Source of the DNA: a virus
Length of the DNA: 27,866 bases
Strand: one strand, 5' to 3'
UHGV virus genome: UHGV-0161508
Shown: in pieces, positions 1 through 12,408 of the stretch
Position numbering within the stretch: position 1 is the first letter of the stretch
Layout: every line of letters begins with the position of its first letter
Made by a program: the position numbers and the translations under genes
The notes under the pieces: generated by a model
The model's input: only the letters and a program-made list of their open reading frames with translations
Databases searched by the model: none
What the model was told of the DNA's origin: nothing

Positions 1-777
1 CATATCCTGAAGTTGTCCTGCTCTTTCAAGGGCCGCCTGTGACTGCTTAAACACATACTTGTCGTGATTCAGTCTTGCCATTTGAGCCTTATAGGAAAGA
101 TCCTGCCCCCTAATAGCCCTCGCATTCGTCATGTCATTATTGCGAATGGTTTCGTTAATTCTTTGCTGCTCCTGCTGGCGACCAACCATCTTATCCTGAA
201 CAGCAAACGCCTTTTCTGGCCCAAGTGCACCGAGAGACATAGTAGTCAGCATGTGTGATAGCTGCTCTGGATTCTGGATACCTGTCTGAATCATCCAGTC
301 AGCATTAGCACCAACGCGATTTAACCTGTCCTTGTTGTCAGTAATGAATTTACTGTAGGCTTCCGGTCCCTGAGAAAGAGCGACGTTAGCCCTCATGGCT
401 AAATCGCCCATATCGTTGCGTTGCTGATCATTAAGACCTGAAAACGCCTGTTGTGCCTGTGCAACAAACGCTGGATTTTCCTGGGCAAACTTAAATAGTC
501 CCGATGGATCACCAGAAGCCCATGCATCAGCATGAACCTTATTGAACGCACTAATAGCTTTCTGTTGCTGTTCCTGATTGTAAATATCAGCAACTCCAGC
601 CAGACCACGTAAGGCGGTCAGGCCAACGTTATTTGCACCTGAGCGAGCCAGTTCATTGTTTTCGCGGATCAGACCAAGCGTTGCGTTAATGTCGCTTGCC
701 TTTGGCGCATTCTCATTTTGCGTACCGATGCCAGCCAGAAAACCACCAGAATTAATACCCTGTTGCCACGTAGCCAT
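1..777 (-). CDS. Ejection (injection) protein, P22 gp20-like; N-terminal part only, gene runs off the window start
   Basis: Manual translation from ATG at 777..775 gives [17 protein letters not shown]...; frame stays open to position 1. Sits directly downstream of gp7 as in the P22 order 14-7-20-16. GGGG motif 6 nt upstream of the ATG. Confidence 0.6.
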   Translation of the reverse strand, partial: MATWQQGINSGGFLAGIGTQNENAPKASDINATLGLIRENNELARSGANNVGLTALRGLAGVADIYNQEQQQKAISAFNKVHADAWASGDPSGLFKFAQENPAFVAQAQQAFSGLNDQQRNDMGDLAMRANVALSQGPEAYSKFITDNKDRLNRVGANADWMIQTGIQNPEQLSHMLTTMSLGALGPEKAFAVQDKMVGRQQEQQRINETIRNNDMTNARAIRGQDLSYKAQMARLNHDKYVFKQSQAALERAGQLQDM

Positions 778-786
778 GATTACCCC

Positions 787-1479
787 TTAAAACAACGAGC
801 CAAGCAGACCAAGACCGCCGCCGATCGCAGCCCCCCACGGAGTTGATGAACCAATTAATTTCGCAAGTCCAGCCCCAGCAATAGCACCAGACGCACCTCC
901 GCCAATAGCAGATTGCATTGCTGATGGTCTGTTGGCATTTGCCGCTGCAAGAGCCGCACTTTGCTGCGAAATCTGACTCATGTTGTTGGCATATGTCTGC
1001 CCGGCGTTTGCCTGACCTTGCAGTGCGCCAAGACCAATATTTGCCAGATTCTGGTAGTTGTTCATCTGACCAGATAGCCATTGCTGACCAAGCGTTGGTG
1101 CGATTGTTGCTAACTGATTACTGGTTGCGGTGGAACCCAATCCACCTGTTGCTTCCGCTGCCGCCAGACTCTGATAGCGAGCCTGACCTGCAAGGTCTTT
1201 ATACTGCTGAGAGTTGTAATACTGGTTAAGCGCCTGACCTTGCCCTTCCAGAGACGATAAGTTCTCGAGGCTGCCGACATACTTATCAGCCAGAGGAGTA
1301 AACGGCTTCAGGTTGTTCATGATGGTGTTGAACTGCTGATTTTGCAGGTCTGCAGCATACTTCTGAGCTTCTGCTGCATACTTTGCGCTTTTATCAGAAC
1401 TGCCACCTTTCCCGCCTTTTTCAGGGCAATAAGGTTCCTCGCCGCGCAGTTTTCTGCCCAGCTTAAATGCATATAACAT
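787..1479 (-). CDS. Ejection protein, P22 gp7-like
   Basis: 230-aa ORF MLYAFKLGRKLRGEEPYCPEKGGKGG... with Gly/Ala/Gln-rich C-terminus typical of P22 gp7; position between gp14 and gp20. Confidence 0.75.
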   Translation of the reverse strand: MLYAFKLGRKLRGEEPYCPEKGGKGGSSDKSAKYAAEAQKYAADLQNQQFNTIMNNLKPFTPLADKYVGSLENLSSLEGQGQALNQYYNSQQYKDLAGQARYQSLAAAEATGGLGSTATSNQLATIAPTLGQQWLSGQMNNYQNLANIGLGALQGQANAGQTYANNMSQISQQSAALAAANANRPSAMQSAIGGGASGAIAGAGLAKLIGSSTPWGAAIGGGLGLLGSLF

Positions 1480-1481
1480 GG

Positions 1482-1937
1482 CTATCTCCCGTGATTCAGG
1501 AAGTCGATTAGTTCTTCGCGTGTGGCGCTGTAAAACGTCACGTCATCCACGCCTTTGAAGTATTTCTTGATGGTTCCTACACGCTTAAGGCCAATCATTG
1601 CGCAGTACATCTGCCCGTGGCGGAATTTGCGTGCAGCGAACGATGTGATGCACTGAACGGTGGTGTTAGTCAGAATGTATCGCCAGAACGCCAGCCCGAT
1701 TTCCTTGCTGAAGCCGCGAATCTCTGGCAGGTACATGGCGTGGCAATCGAATGTCAGCGGCTGAATCTCCTGATAGTAAACAATGCCGCCAAACTGACCG
1801 TGCACGTTAACCTCAAAGTAACGGCATTCAGGCTTGTAGTCGTATCCATCACCGTTGTTGCTTCCGGCAATAATGTCATGGTGATTTCCGACTGCTTCGA
1901 TCAGGTCGATGTTTCGCGTTGGTTTGAATGTAATCAT
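1482..1937 (-). CDS. P22 gp14-like virion/ejection-associated protein
   Basis: 151-aa ORF in the conserved slot between tail needle gp26 and gp7; tightly packed with neighbours. Confidence 0.6.
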   Translation of the reverse strand: MITFKPTRNIDLIEAVGNHHDIIAGSNNGDGYDYKPECRYFEVNVHGQFGGIVYYQEIQPLTFDCHAMYLPEIRGFSKEIGLAFWRYILTNTTVQCITSFAARKFRHGQMYCAMIGLKRVGTIKKYFKGVDDVTFYSATREELIDFLNHGR

Positions 1938-2638
1938 CAGTCAATCAGCCCATGTAATCTAAGTGCCGTTTCAAGCGCCAGAATACGCTGCCGCGCCTGC
2001 TGCAAACCTGTAGCGAGAGCCGCGACTTCGGATTGTGTGTACGTAGTGCCGACCGTGTATGACTGGTTAGCGTTGAATGAGCCAAGAAGAGGTGTACCTG
2101 TGGCTGCAGTCCATCCGGTATTTCTTGCTCCAACAACCTGAATTCCATCAACTGAATATGATGTTTTTACATCCAGCGGTGACGCAAGAGACTGCAATTT
2201 GGTTACGGTTTTCGATACGTAATCACTCTTAATGCCAGAGACATCGTTTTCTACGTCATCCAGTCTTTTGTCAACAGTGACCAGATGCGCCTGAATATCG
2301 ATAACTTCATCCAGCAAGTAATCAACATCGCTACGCAGTACGACTATCTTCCCTTCGGCGGTTGTTAACCTGACCTCAAGGAGATTTATCGCTTTTGTGT
2401 TTGCGGTGATTCTTGCATCGTGGTCAGCCAGTTCGACATCCTGTTCATCGTTTTTCACCTGAGCATCGTAAGCGCCCTGACCAGCCTGATTTGCCTTCCC
2501 GGCAATTGCGCCGACATCAGCCCCCTGATTAATGACATACAGCAGGTAAGACTGGCTGAATATATTGCGTGGAAGGATTGATGTATCGAGCCGCGTCGCC
2601 TGCACAATAACAGGGGTGTTGAGATTCGAATCAGCCAT
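1937..2638 (-). CDS. Tail needle protein, P22 gp26-like
   Basis: 233-aa [39 protein letters not shown]... matches the length and recalled sequence of P22 gp26; heptad-like coiled-coil middle. Confidence 0.8.
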   Translation of the reverse strand: MADSNLNTPVIVQATRLDTSILPRNIFSQSYLLYVINQGADVGAIAGKANQAGQGAYDAQVKNDEQDVELADHDARITANTKAINLLEVRLTTAEGKIVVLRSDVDYLLDEVIDIQAHLVTVDKRLDDVENDVSGIKSDYVSKTVTKLQSLASPLDVKTSYSVDGIQVVGARNTGWTAATGTPLLGSFNANQSYTVGTTYTQSEVAALATGLQQARQRILALETALRLHGLID

Positions 2639-4056
2639 TACTCAATCCTTATCTGGCAGCCAGACAGAGTGACAGGTGACTTTGTGATAACGCGCAATTT
2701 GAAGCCGACATTTTTCCTTATTCGCCCGACACGCTTCCACAAAACACGCTTGTCGTAAACGAACGGTTCATTCTGCTCAATCATCTGCTCACGACCGTAA
2801 TTGATGCCGTCAGTGGTTGCAGAGAGAAAAAGGCGGTCGGCGTACTGCGCAACGCCAGTTGACGATTCAACCTCAAAGTCAAACACTCTGGCGTTATCCG
2901 CTTTGAACAACGGAGTAAACAGCAGGTGTTCCTGCTGCTTGTCGTACTGGCTGCTGATATCGAACTGCAATTTCCCGGTAACAGATTCCAGCTTATCGCC
3001 GCACGTTATCTGATTGCCTTCGAAAATGAAGTCGATAGCGCGGTACACATCGTCATACAGGCCTGTTTTCAGCACACACCATTGCGGGCCATTGGCGCTT
3101 GAAGATGCGTCGTACACGAGGACGTGACGCGTAAGATGGATAATCAGCAACTCATGAGCATCAAACCGCAACGATTCCATCACGCCATCAGCCAGTTCAT
3201 CAGCAGTGTAGGAGCGGAGGATTTTCTCAATGCTCGCGCTGGCGATTGGTGACACCTGACCGGAGCCGATGATGTATACAGACGGCGCACCCGTTGCCGG
3301 ATTGCTGATGAACGCATAGGAATCAGCAAACGGCGTTTTGCAGTAAGTCCCGGCAATACCTTTCTGCACCATCAGCGATGGCTGGGCGACATACAAAGCA
3401 GCACCAACGGTGGTTGCACCAGTCAGGGAAAAATACTCAATCGTCGATGAACCAAAGCAGACGATGAAGTCTCGCCATGTTCCGATTCCGATGATGCCGT
3501 CAGGCTGCGACTCGGCACGATATTGTGCGCTGTAGCGGTCAGGATGCGATTCGTCTTCAAGGTCAGTGATAAACCATGAATCAGTACCGTCTTTTGACCA
3601 CGCATAACGCCCACGTAAGCGCGTAATGTCACGGACCGAACCTAACTCATACTGCGTGAATCCGCTGTCTGTAGGCCAGTTTGAGACGGTTTTAACCGTG
3701 CCATCATAGCGATACTCGACCAGTTGACCATTAACGCCTACTGCCTGTGATGTCCGACCATGCGCCATTGATACGCGACCACTTCCGGCAACGTCACCGA
3801 CTTCACTTTCTCCTTTGTACAGCTTGCCACCACACACACGATAAACAGCATTCTGCGCCATGTTGTACTCGACGCCTCGAGATACACCGTTCACATCAGA
3901 ACGTTTGGCAATGCCCGGGAATGAGCGAAGATATCCGCTGCTGTTGAGGATTTCTTTGGGTGTAGCCAGCATATTCACTGGCAGATAGTCGATATAGTCG
4001 GCGTTTCGAAAGTCTTTGCCGACACCTTTCATAAGCGGAAGTTGCTGAATAGGCAT
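2638..4056 (-). CDS. Tail accessory factor, P22 gp10-like
   Basis: 472-aa ORF, same length as P22 gp10; start/stop overlap with gp4 and gp26. Confidence 0.8.
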   Translation of the reverse strand: MPIQQLPLMKGVGKDFRNADYIDYLPVNMLATPKEILNSSGYLRSFPGIAKRSDVNGVSRGVEYNMAQNAVYRVCGGKLYKGESEVGDVAGSGRVSMAHGRTSQAVGVNGQLVEYRYDGTVKTVSNWPTDSGFTQYELGSVRDITRLRGRYAWSKDGTDSWFITDLEDESHPDRYSAQYRAESQPDGIIGIGTWRDFIVCFGSSTIEYFSLTGATTVGAALYVAQPSLMVQKGIAGTYCKTPFADSYAFISNPATGAPSVYIIGSGQVSPIASASIEKILRSYTADELADGVMESLRFDAHELLIIHLTRHVLVYDASSSANGPQWCVLKTGLYDDVYRAIDFIFEGNQITCGDKLESVTGKLQFDISSQYDKQQEHLLFTPLFKADNARVFDFEVESSTGVAQYADRLFLSATTDGINYGREQMIEQNEPFVYDKRVLWKRVGRIRKNVGFKLRVITKSPVTLSGCQIRIE

Positions 4057-4556
4057 TATTCGCTCCCGTTATCGCAAGGTTCCTTTCGGTGGAAGTAATT
4101 CCAACCATTCCACTTCGCCAACTGGTTACCACTACCAACAGGCATACGGTTTGGATAACCGGACTTACATTTAGCGGCTTTTGCCCTATCCATTGCAGAC
4201 AGTTTGACGAGTCTCTCTTTCCCGTATCTGGCAGTGGTTATAAGTTTTGCAGACGCTTCCAGCGCATAATCCGGAGCAATGCGGCAGGCAAGGTTGAAAA
4301 TGACGGCATTGATAGCGTTATTTGATAAACCGTGTTCATCGCCAGGATCTGGAGCGACATCTGCATCAGCGAAAATGTAGCCAACGTTGATACCTGGTGA
4401 CGCATCACCGCCAAGCCATTCAGCCATCATCATTTCAAGGTCGTTAACGCCGTCTTCCATAGACTGCGGTTCGACATCGGTTAACGTGGCATTTGATGCC
4501 ACACCGAGCTTACGTAATGCCGCAAGAACTAAATCACCCTTCGTTGTCAGGTTCAT
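4056..4556 (-). CDS. Head-tail adaptor / tail accessory factor, P22 gp4-like (start moved to internal ATG)
   Basis: From internal Met: [33 protein letters not shown]..., 166 aa, resembles recalled P22 gp4. The track ORF (4056..4631) has a 25-aa N-terminal extension that overlaps the upstream small ORF. Confidence 0.7.
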   Translation of the reverse strand: MNLTTKGDLVLAALRKLGVASNATLTDVEPQSMEDGVNDLEMMMAEWLGGDASPGINVGYIFADADVAPDPGDEHGLSNNAINAVIFNLACRIAPDYALEASAKLITTARYGKERLVKLSAMDRAKAAKCKSGYPNRMPVGSGNQLAKWNGWNYFHRKEPCDNGSE

Positions 4557-4770
4557 CTGCTGCCGCCTTAGGTTTTCGACCAGGCTTTTTACGCTGTTTT
4601 TCTTCTGGCTCTGGCTCTGGCTCTGCAACATCCTTCAAAAGGTCATCAGGATGTGAAAACCAACCAGCATCCAGATATTCCTGAAGCTCTTCGGCTTTCA
4701 CGATTTCAAAGTCGTATCCAACGCCTTTCCATTTCTTCATGTCTCCATGACGAAAGATCATGTGTGTCAT
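4534..4770 (-). CDS. Hypothetical small protein (78 aa) with acidic PEPEPEE and basic KKPGRKPK tail
   Basis: ATG preceded by GGAG (about 6-nt spacer) right after the coat terminator; stop overlaps the gp4 start. No family recognised. Confidence 0.4.
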   Translation of the reverse strand: MTHMIFRHGDMKKWKGVGYDFEIVKAEELQEYLDAGWFSHPDDLLKDVAEPEPEPEEKQRKKPGRKPKAAADEPDNEG

Positions 4771-4782
4771 GCTTGTCTCCAG

Positions 4783-4806
4783 ATAAAAAAGGGAGCCGAA
4801 GCTCCC
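4783..4806 (-). terminator. Intrinsic terminator downstream of coat gene
   Basis: Minus-strand RNA GGGAGC-UUCG-GCUCCC followed by UUUUUU, 6 nt after the coat stop. Confidence 0.65.
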
Positions 4807-4811
4807 TCTGG

Positions 4812-6113
4812 TTATCGCGCAGTCTGGTTAGGCAGACCAACACCAATTGCCTCTGGTCGTACAGCACATGCTGAATACCACACAGCAATACGGCACTTGC
4901 CAGACAGAGTGTTGATATCACCCTGCGTTGCGAAGATGCCGTTAACACCAATGCCAGGAATGCTGAAGGAAGACGTTTTCATACCAGCAAACAGTTCATG
5001 GGTTACCGGGATCGGCTGAGACAGCAGGCGGATTGAGTCATCAGCCCAGAACACGTTAGCGGTGGTTGTTGCCACATTCAGAACGTTTACCGTAGCGCTC
5101 GCAGCAAGAGAGGTGTTTACATTAGCGTAAGCCTTCTCTTCTTTTGTCAGTGACTCGTCATCCAGTGCAATCGGCTTCGGCGTGATTTCGATGTGAGTAC
5201 TATCGATCACACGGGTGATTGAGAAAGTCGCATCATCAGTCAGCACGTTCTTCGCCATCTGAGACAGAAATTTCACACCAGTGAAGCTGATTTTGTCGCC
5301 GCGATTAAATCCGGCGGTGGAGGATACGGTCACCGTTGCAACACGGTTGTCGACGTTCTCTTTGTTACCATCGGTATCAAGGGTGTATGCCTGCGGCTTA
5401 AACTTATGCACTCCAGTCACAGTTACATCAGTAGCGGTTGACTTGGTAACTGCCGGAAGTTTCGGTGAGCGAAGAATTTCATCAAAGCCAGCAATCTGAC
5501 GCTGAATAGTACCGTTACGATACGCTTCTTCAGGAACGCGACCAAAGATGTCACCATCTACCAGGTTGCGGCCTGATTTGCGGTAATCGTCAGGGTTCAT
5601 GAAGTAACTGATGCCCATATCGCGGTTTAGCTCACGGGAGAACATCAGGCGCTCTGCATCAGACACAAAATCCCAGCCAGACAGGTCAGTAGATGATGGA
5701 CCAATTGCGCGGGTATCGTGAACAACAAGCGAGCCCATTTCAGTTGCCTGTTTGGCAATCGCTGACTCAATGTTATTCGCCAGTTTTCTGGCGGATGCCT
5801 GGATGCGGCGACGGTAAGAACGCTCATCACGCAGGTCATCTGCACGAAGCTCGAAGAAATCGTTATCCGGATCGCCCATGTTGCATTTCACGGAGAGTTC
5901 CAGAATCCCGCTTGCCTTGCCAGTTAAATCCCAGCCAGTCTGAGTTGGCGCTTCCTGCTCAACAGGCATCCACACGGTGTTGCTTGAACGCTGCATGGAT
6001 TCTGCCGGAGGGGTGTATTTTGTCACTTTGGACGCCATTGGCGTCAGGTTCTGGACGGTTTCGATGATTTCATCGATAGCGTAAGTAACTAACTGCCCTT
6101 CTTTTAATGCCAT
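4812..6113 (-). CDS. Major coat protein, P22 gp5-like
   Basis: 433-aa [57 protein letters not shown]... closely resembles recalled P22 coat; TAATG overlap with scaffold stop. Confidence 0.9.
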   Translation of the reverse strand: MALKEGQLVTYAIDEIIETVQNLTPMASKVTKYTPPAESMQRSSNTVWMPVEQEAPTQTGWDLTGKASGILELSVKCNMGDPDNDFFELRADDLRDERSYRRRIQASARKLANNIESAIAKQATEMGSLVVHDTRAIGPSSTDLSGWDFVSDAERLMFSRELNRDMGISYFMNPDDYRKSGRNLVDGDIFGRVPEEAYRNGTIQRQIAGFDEILRSPKLPAVTKSTATDVTVTGVHKFKPQAYTLDTDGNKENVDNRVATVTVSSTAGFNRGDKISFTGVKFLSQMAKNVLTDDATFSITRVIDSTHIEITPKPIALDDESLTKEEKAYANVNTSLAASATVNVLNVATTTANVFWADDSIRLLSQPIPVTHELFAGMKTSSFSIPGIGVNGIFATQGDINTLSGKCRIAVWYSACAVRPEAIGVGLPNQTAR

Positions 6114-7024
6114 TATCGAATTCCTTTATTCAGTTGCGCCTTGAGCTTGCGGTATGTCTCTACATCCCCTTTGTTTGCTGCCGCTTCCATCTGCTTTTCA
6201 ATCGCAGAGATATTTGCAGCAACAGCGTGTCCCTGAATGGGTTCATCAGGTAACGGGGCTTCTGAAACAGGCTTGGCTCGAGGCTTGAGAGTTAAACGTT
6301 CTGACAGTCGAGTGAGTTCAATCAGCGCGGATTGCCCGTCCATCGCCAGCAACTGGCGTGTTTTCTCAGGATTAGCACCAAGGTGATACATGAGAGCAGC
6401 GGATTTCTCCGGGAAGAGGCGCATGATGTCGGCACCGACTGCTGGCGGCACCAGTTGCATGAATGCATCCTCTTTCTCCTGATAGTCAGGGATATTGAGC
6501 TTTTCCGCTGCGTCGTAGTGCTTACGGGCTGCCTCGACGTATTGCGCTGATTGCTGGGTGAACTCCTGAGTTTTGCGCCCCTGCTCGGCGACAGCCTGGC
6601 TTCGTGCGTCCATAGCCTTGATCTGCCATTCACTGTTTGCCTGCTGGAAGGCAGCCAGTGCTCGGCTCTGGTCATAGTCGTACTTAGCCAGTGCGTCTTC
6701 GGAAAGATAATCGTTAGGGTCTGGTTGTTTTGGTAACTCAGGGTTCACCCGCAGGTGCTCCGGCAACTCTCCACGCTTAACCGCTTCCATCTGCTGCTCA
6801 AGCTCACGCTGGCGTTTGCGTTCGATGCGGCGACGGGCAAATTCAGCATTAGTTGCCGGGTCTTGTTTTGGTTTCTCATCGTCTTTCAGGACAATCTCGA
6901 AGCCTTCTTCCTGACCTGCGATGTCGTTGGCATTATCGACAACTAAGCCATCAGCAGATGCCGCTGCATGATTGCCGGGCAGGGTTAATTCTTCAGAAGC
7001 CTGAATGTCGGTGGTTTGGTCCAT
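6113..7024 (-). CDS. Scaffolding protein, P22 gp8-like
   Basis: 303 aa, highly charged helical protein between portal and coat; same length as P22 gp8. Confidence 0.85.
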   Translation of the reverse strand: MDQTTDIQASEELTLPGNHAAASADGLVVDNANDIAGQEEGFEIVLKDDEKPKQDPATNAEFARRRIERKRQRELEQQMEAVKRGELPEHLRVNPELPKQPDPNDYLSEDALAKYDYDQSRALAAFQQANSEWQIKAMDARSQAVAEQGRKTQEFTQQSAQYVEAARKHYDAAEKLNIPDYQEKEDAFMQLVPPAVGADIMRLFPEKSAALMYHLGANPEKTRQLLAMDGQSALIELTRLSERLTLKPRAKPVSEAPLPDEPIQGHAVAANISAIEKQMEAAANKGDVETYRKLKAQLNKGIR

Positions 7025-7037
7025 GGTTAACTCTCTC

Positions 7038-9203
7038 TTATTGAGGTGTCTCGGCTACTCCGCCGGAGGGGATTTGAACTTGACGCATAAGATTCGCGAA
7101 ATCCATGCGTTGTGAATGAGTCTGGTCTGCATCTTTAAGAAGCAGCTCAGCGTTAGCGCGAGCATCTTTGCTGCGCTGTTGCTGGAATTGACCTACGAGC
7201 TTGAGGTACTCACGCAGTTCTGCCTGCTTGTCGAGGTCCATATTGTTGAAGATTTCCGCAATCTTCGCGGCGTTGAGTTGGTTTTGGGCTTCAACCTTGG
7301 CGGCTTCAACCTGAATCTGCGCCTGTTGGTTCTCTGCCTTGAGCAATTCAGCCTGACCTTGCAGAAGGATACCCTGCGCCTGAATTTGCTCTGCTGATGG
7401 CTGCTGCGGCTGCTGTTGAGCCTGCTGTACCATCTCCATCTCTTCAGGTGTTTCTGGTTTCTTCAGCCCCATCATCACCAGTTGCTTGTTCGCGTACTCT
7501 CGCATCATCTCGACGCCTTTACCGTCAAGCAGCGTGAAGTATTGCAGCATCAGCATCTGGAACTCTGGAGTACCTTGCGGAACCTTGGTGAGCAACTCCT
7601 GAATCTCTGCGCGGTTCTGTTCCTTCATACTCTGGAAGGATGGTCCAACGTCTGTATAGCACTCATAGCGACCGCGAATGTCGTTGAGTGTGACCACATT
7701 ACCGGACTGGTAATCTACAACTTGCGCGTATAGTTGAACGTCTTTCTCGCTACCATCTTCAAGTGTCAGCGTTACATGACGAGGAACGTCATAAATATCG
7801 TTGACCATTGAGGCATAAATCTCGCCATCACGTCGCATTGCGGTAGCCAGGTTATCCTGAAACACGTATGTCTCAAGGTCTGCCCGCATGTTCAGTTGAT
7901 TGACGGTATCGAAAGCGACCTGAGAGTTTGCTGCCTGCGCATCCACGCCAAGACTAGCCACCTCTTTCACTGCGTTGGTGGCAGCCTCAAGCATGTAAGC
8001 GTTGGCTTGCGGCACTTCAGGGTTTTCCATGTAGGAGATTGGACCAATCGGCAGGTCGTTACCGTTTTCATCGGTCATGTTCTGCAGATAGTACGGATAG
8101 TCATCATTTCCACCGTACATGTATTCGTAGCCTTCGATTTGCTCAGGGAAGAAGGTCGGTTTCTTCTTCGGTGAACGAGCAACAATATCGGCGTTGAATG
8201 ACATGATCATGTTACGAAGGCGCTGACCGTCTTTCGTCAGCCTTACCACTCCTTCGTAGCACTCCTTGTCACCAGCGAAGGACCATTCGCCATACACTGG
8301 AACGATTGGAATATGCTCTCCGGCTATCTTCTCGCGGTCTTTCAGTATCTGTGTGCATGTGATGATCGACTTATACACACGCCGACGCTTGACCTTACGC
8401 TCTGCTACCTTAATGAATCCACGATTAGCCAGGTCGTCGATGACGTCTTTGATATCCTGCTGGAAATAGCTGACCGGCTCACCTGTCAGCGGGTCGCGGT
8501 AGATGAAGACTTTCTCTTTCTTCTCTTCGACCTCGTAATACTCAGCGACGTAGACGACATCATTCGATACCCACGGAAACAGCCATTTATCGTTCGGATT
8601 CTGGAAAGATGGCAAGGTGTCCGGATCAATACCGTAATCCTCTGCGAACTCTTTCCAGCCATTGCGTGACAAGGCGTTAATCACCGTGCAGTGCTTAGCG
8701 TCGCTCTTATCCATCTGCTTGCTGCTGGCGTCCCATATGACGTGTGAGCAGGCTTCATGGATTGGAAGGCGTCGGATTACCTGATTGTTGCTTGTTGGGT
8801 CGTTGTCTTCGTACTGGGTGACCAGACGCCATGCACCAACGCCGGACTCTATCTGCTCACGAACGCCAACGTTAACGGCAATCTTTGCCGTGTTATGGCG
8901 CATATCAGTACGATACATTCCCATCAACACATCGGCAGCATCAGGATTAGCGCCGTCTTTGGGTCGGAAGAGAACGTCGATAGGGTTCCGGCGCATCTCT
9001 GCTACCAGTTTCCTGACCACCGGGCGAACAACATCGAATTGTCCGCGATATTGCAGGGTAGTGTAGTTTGATAGCCAGTCATCCCATTGCGACACTCGGC
9101 TAAAATACAGGTCATTTGTCGCCTCGGTTCTGGCTTCATCGCTCGCCATCCAGTCCGCGTCAAACTTACACAGAATGGAATTGAGTCTGTTTTCGTCGGC
9201 CAT
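7038..9203 (-). CDS. Portal protein, P22 gp1-like
   Basis: 721-aa ORF directly downstream of large terminase; Gln-rich C-terminal barrel region as in P22 portal. Confidence 0.9.
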   Translation of the reverse strand: MADENRLNSILCKFDADWMASDEARTEATNDLYFSRVSQWDDWLSNYTTLQYRGQFDVVRPVVRKLVAEMRRNPIDVLFRPKDGANPDAADVLMGMYRTDMRHNTAKIAVNVGVREQIESGVGAWRLVTQYEDNDPTSNNQVIRRLPIHEACSHVIWDASSKQMDKSDAKHCTVINALSRNGWKEFAEDYGIDPDTLPSFQNPNDKWLFPWVSNDVVYVAEYYEVEEKKEKVFIYRDPLTGEPVSYFQQDIKDVIDDLANRGFIKVAERKVKRRRVYKSIITCTQILKDREKIAGEHIPIVPVYGEWSFAGDKECYEGVVRLTKDGQRLRNMIMSFNADIVARSPKKKPTFFPEQIEGYEYMYGGNDDYPYYLQNMTDENGNDLPIGPISYMENPEVPQANAYMLEAATNAVKEVASLGVDAQAANSQVAFDTVNQLNMRADLETYVFQDNLATAMRRDGEIYASMVNDIYDVPRHVTLTLEDGSEKDVQLYAQVVDYQSGNVVTLNDIRGRYECYTDVGPSFQSMKEQNRAEIQELLTKVPQGTPEFQMLMLQYFTLLDGKGVEMMREYANKQLVMMGLKKPETPEEMEMVQQAQQQPQQPSAEQIQAQGILLQGQAELLKAENQQAQIQVEAAKVEAQNQLNAAKIAEIFNNMDLDKQAELREYLKLVGQFQQQRSKDARANAELLLKDADQTHSQRMDFANLMRQVQIPSGGVAETPQ

Positions 9204-10703
9204 TTAAGTTCTCCGTGCGATGGGCCTGATTGGGGCTGGTATCTTTTTCTCTTTTGGTTTTTTGATGTCGCGCATCATTTTGGCGAAGCGGCGCATCATG
9301 TATGCATAGCGAACGGCTGAGAGAACGTCGTCGTTAAGCTTGACGATTTTCCCGTTTTCATCACGGTGATAGAGGCGGAACTCCTCAAAGAATGGCTCAC
9401 AGGTGTTGAATACTTTGAAGCGACCATCGAGCATCATGTCGCGCAATTCAGTGATGCCAGGCTCCACAGCATTACCGCCATCAGGCCATGTCGCATGCTC
9501 CTGCAACATCATAAAACCAGCATCTGCATACTGCCCTTTGAGCTGCTCACCGCCGCCCTTCTCGTGCTGGTTTCCGTCATGAGGCCATGCGGTTGGCACT
9601 TTATGCGCCCATGATTTAACAGATCCCCATGCCTGAACGGCTGTTTTTTCTTTCGCCTTCCACACGCGTGAAACGTAGATTGTGTCTGCGTCCTTATCCC
9701 ACCAAAGCTGAACCTGCGCCTGCGGGTGATCCCATCCAAAATCCATCCCGCCAATTACGTAGAAGTGATCAGGACACTCGAACGGCTGACACTTAATCGT
9801 CTCTTCCGGTATCTGGAAGATTCGACCACTACCCATCGTAGGAATACCGCGAGCACGCGCCTCTCTCTCATGCTCAGGATAGGATGCGATGATTTGCTCT
9901 TTCTGCTCGTCGGTGTAGTGCTCAGCGTCATAGATGGTCATGTTGAGCACTTTCTGCGACTTGCTGGGATTCTTCAGGAACTTGGTAACAACGTCAGACA
10001 TCCCCATCAGCGGGGTAAACGTCAGAATTGAGAATTGCCCGTATTTGTTGGTACGGGTAAGACCTTCGCCATAAATGCTGTATGGTGGCTCTTCGTCAAA
10101 CCACACGCCGTGGATTGTGTCACCCTGCCAGCGAGCGCGGCCTTGCGAGTATGGTTTGAAGTAGCAGATTGAAATGCCATCTTCAACGCCATCAGCCGTG
10201 TGATGCTTAACCAGAAGATGATCAACAAGGTTCGGAAAGAAAGGAGACTTCTTCCAGCTAATGATGTCTTCTTTAGGTATGGAACCGTAGCCTGGCTCAT
10301 CATTCTCTTCGATACGACCACACAGGATGCGTTGAGTCGTTTTGGTTACAGTCTCGTTTGTCTCGCCGCCAATCCAGAAGACAACAGGCTCATAGAAACG
10401 CTTACCTTTCCACTCCCCACCATATTTACCATCAGCCGGATAGCCTTTTGTTCCCGGATAACGCCCGGTAAGGTGAAACGCGACTTCAGCAGCCCCAGTA
10501 AATGACTTACCAAGCTGGTTACCAGCCATAAAACAGCGCTCTGGATAGTCATGCCCGGCGTCGATGAACTCACGCTGTTTGCTGTATGGCGTAAATTCAT
10601 ATAGCAGGTGTGTGTTCCTGTAGTTCTCTTCTTCTTCGAGTAGCTCGAGCAATTCGATTTGCTCTTCGTCGCTCAGGTTATCAAGAATCGCGTCCAGTTC
10701 CAC
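9204..10703 (-). CDS. Terminase large subunit, P22 gp2-like
   Basis: 499 aa; overlaps small terminase 3' end; same length as P22 gp2. Confidence 0.9.
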   Translation of the reverse strand: MELDAILDNLSDEEQIELLELLEEEENYRNTHLLYEFTPYSKQREFIDAGHDYPERCFMAGNQLGKSFTGAAEVAFHLTGRYPGTKGYPADGKYGGEWKGKRFYEPVVFWIGGETNETVTKTTQRILCGRIEENDEPGYGSIPKEDIISWKKSPFFPNLVDHLLVKHHTADGVEDGISICYFKPYSQGRARWQGDTIHGVWFDEEPPYSIYGEGLTRTNKYGQFSILTFTPLMGMSDVVTKFLKNPSKSQKVLNMTIYDAEHYTDEQKEQIIASYPEHEREARARGIPTMGSGRIFQIPEETIKCQPFECPDHFYVIGGMDFGWDHPQAQVQLWWDKDADTIYVSRVWKAKEKTAVQAWGSVKSWAHKVPTAWPHDGNQHEKGGGEQLKGQYADAGFMMLQEHATWPDGGNAVEPGITELRDMMLDGRFKVFNTCEPFFEEFRLYHRDENGKIVKLNDDVLSAVRYAYMMRRFAKMMRDIKKPKEKKIPAPIRPIARRT

Positions 10704-11169
10704 GGTTGAATAGCTCCTTGATACGAGAGCGTCGCTTATCGCGATCTCCCTTATCAGGTGTCACGTCTTCAACTTGCGACTGCTCTTTGAGGCCCAAATC
10801 ACGGGCGATGATGTTAGCGTTGAGAAGGTCAGCGGCTGCGCCAGAGAATTTCTGGTCGTAGATGACCTGTTCTGCTCGCGTAACGACTTCAGATAAATCT
10901 TCTCGCAGGCGATATGTGCGCCATGTTTCAAGCGTCACATCAATGAACAGAGTGAGGCCGGTAATGGTCATCGCTCGCATCTTGGCGATAGGCTCTTGTA
11001 TCACTTCACCCTGATACGAGAACGCCTTCATCTCCCATAGCGGGTTAGCTTCCACCCACTCGAAGTATTCACAACAAGCAGCCCACAGCGCCTCAGGCGA
11101 TTCGAATTTAGGATTTCGCCCATGACTACTGCGGGCCTCCCAAAATCGGTTGCCCTTTGGTGCTGCCAT
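10681..11169 (-). CDS. Terminase small subunit, P22 gp3-like
   Basis: 162-aa [53 protein letters not shown]... matches recalled P22 gp3; carries the pac sequence internally. Confidence 0.9.
   Translation of the reverse strand: MAAPKGNRFWEARSSHGRNPKFESPEALWAACCEYFEWVEANPLWEMKAFSYQGEVIQEPIAKMRAMTITGLTLFIDVTLETWRTYRLREDLSEVVTRAEQVIYDQKFSGAAADLLNANIIARDLGLKEQSQVEDVTPDKGDRDKRRSRIKELFNRGTGRDS
10875..10902 (-). other. pac: pac site (headful packaging initiation), P22-type
   Basis: Minus-strand sequence GAAGATTTATCTGAAGTCGTTACGCGAG inside gene 3 at about codon 90, matching the recalled P22 pac consensus. Confidence 0.75.
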
Positions 11170-11248
11170 ATTGATTATTTCCCTTCTGCTTGCTTATCCC
11201 ATTCATCGCGGAATTTGGATGGGTTGTCGAAACCTTGAGTTGCCATGT

Positions 11249-11491
11249 TTACGCTCCGGTAGTGAACAGGTCTAACGCTTCCTTCGATTTACGCACCGCT
11301 TCGATAGTGCGGGTCGTGATATCTGAATTAGCGCCACCTGACTGGAAGTGAATTTTGAATAGCTCAAGCTTCAGCTCGTCAGTACCAATGAATTGAAATG
11401 CTTCTTCTGCGGCTGCGTTCTGGTTCATGACCAGTTTGTAAATCTCTAACTGGAATTTCTGTTCTTCAGTCATGGGAATAATCTCTGCCAT
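11249..11491 (-). CDS. Hypothetical protein, P22 orf80-like
   Basis: 80-aa ORF with GGAG 8 nt upstream of the ATG, in the slot between rha and gene 3. Confidence 0.55.
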   Translation of the reverse strand: MAEIIPMTEEQKFQLEIYKLVMNQNAAAEEAFQFIGTDELKLELFKIHFQSGGANSDITTRTIEAVRKSKEALDLFTTGA

Positions 11492-11718
11492 TGTTGGCTC
11501 CGTTTATCCGTTAAAAGGGATATCAGTTAAGTTATCCCGTGTAGGGTATAAGCCATTGTCGAGACCACTCATTGAATGGCCTCTGCAATAACCGATGTCT
11601 TTCCATCAGTCCGCCACCACAAAGAATCTTTTTTGCCATAAGGCTGGAGGTTCATCTTTCAGTGGCTGCCAGTGTTATTTCCCCACTTACTGGCTTGGGT
11701 TGTTTCGCTGTACTGCCG

Positions 11719-12261
11719 TTAATTGGTGAGTCCGGGGATTACGGTTTGCCCGTGCTGTTCAAGGCGTTCAATTCTCGCCAGTAGCTGAGGCTTCTTAATT
11801 TTTCCCCAGCGATTAAGCAGGCGGCCTGACATGCTGGCAACATCCTTCTCTTTCATGTACTCCAGCATTACGGCATTTCTCTCTTCTTCAAATTGACGAT
11901 GACCAACCTGAAGCATGGCGTACATCCAGTTGAATGCGTTGATGTAAGCAATTTTGATACGCATTGCTTCTTTTTTGGTGTAGGACATAACCAAAAGCAT
12001 CAACCCATCCTTGCGGAGACGGTAGAATTTTTGCGGCTTACCATTCTGTAACTCATTGTTTTTATAGCAAAGCTCAAAATTGAGCTTTGTATCAAACTCA
12101 GGAGGGCAAGCTTCTATGGTTCGTTCAATGTCACGAACCACGTTCTTCGGCAGCTTTCCAAATGCTTTTGCCACCATAAAAGAATCTGTAACCGGATCGT
12201 TGTTTGCTACAAAAATTAGGTCTCTGAAATCTATATCGTTAACAACGGTTGGGTAGTTCAT
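11719..12261 (-). CDS. rha: Rha-family phage regulatory protein
   Basis: 180 aa; N-terminal ...VTDSFMVAKAFGKLPKNVVRDIERTIEA...YRLRKDGLMLLVMSYTKKEAMRIKIAYINAF fits the Rha (Phage_pRha) pattern; same position as rha in P22. Confidence 0.65.
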   Translation of the reverse strand: MNYPTVVNDIDFRDLIFVANNDPVTDSFMVAKAFGKLPKNVVRDIERTIEACPPEFDTKLNFELCYKNNELQNGKPQKFYRLRKDGLMLLVMSYTKKEAMRIKIAYINAFNWMYAMLQVGHRQFEEERNAVMLEYMKEKDVASMSGRLLNRWGKIKKPQLLARIERLEQHGQTVIPGLTN

Positions 12262-12408
12262 TGCGTCTTTACCTTTTAGAAAGATGAGCCTGTTCGCACA
12301 GAAAAGCCGTCCCCGAGATGGTCGCCACCATATACGGCAATTCTCAGGCTCAGCTTTCTGAAAGACTCGGGATTGTTACGCGCTGCGATGCGCGGTTTAC
12401 TGCAGATG

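Noticed and set aside
752-1229. ORFs 752-1081 (minus) and 918-1229 (plus) overlapping gp7
   Set aside because: Alternative-frame or antisense ORFs inside gp7, with Cys/Trp-rich translations; spurious.
1617-2141. 174-aa plus-strand ORF antisense to gp14/gp26, and similar antisense ORFs inside coat (5693-6067), portal (7116-7397, 8313-8669), helicase (16497-16868) and the ninH/rusA area (14934-15395)
   Set aside because: Each is fully embedded antisense in a well-supported structural or replication gene, with no RBS or promoter signals; these are typical shadow ORFs.
11492-11718. Possible small ORFs or terminator (GGGATA-N10-TATCCC) in the rha-orf80 intergenic region
   Set aside because: Candidate ORFs are 28-35 aa without RBS, and the hairpin has a short stem and weak U-tract; insufficient support to call a feature.
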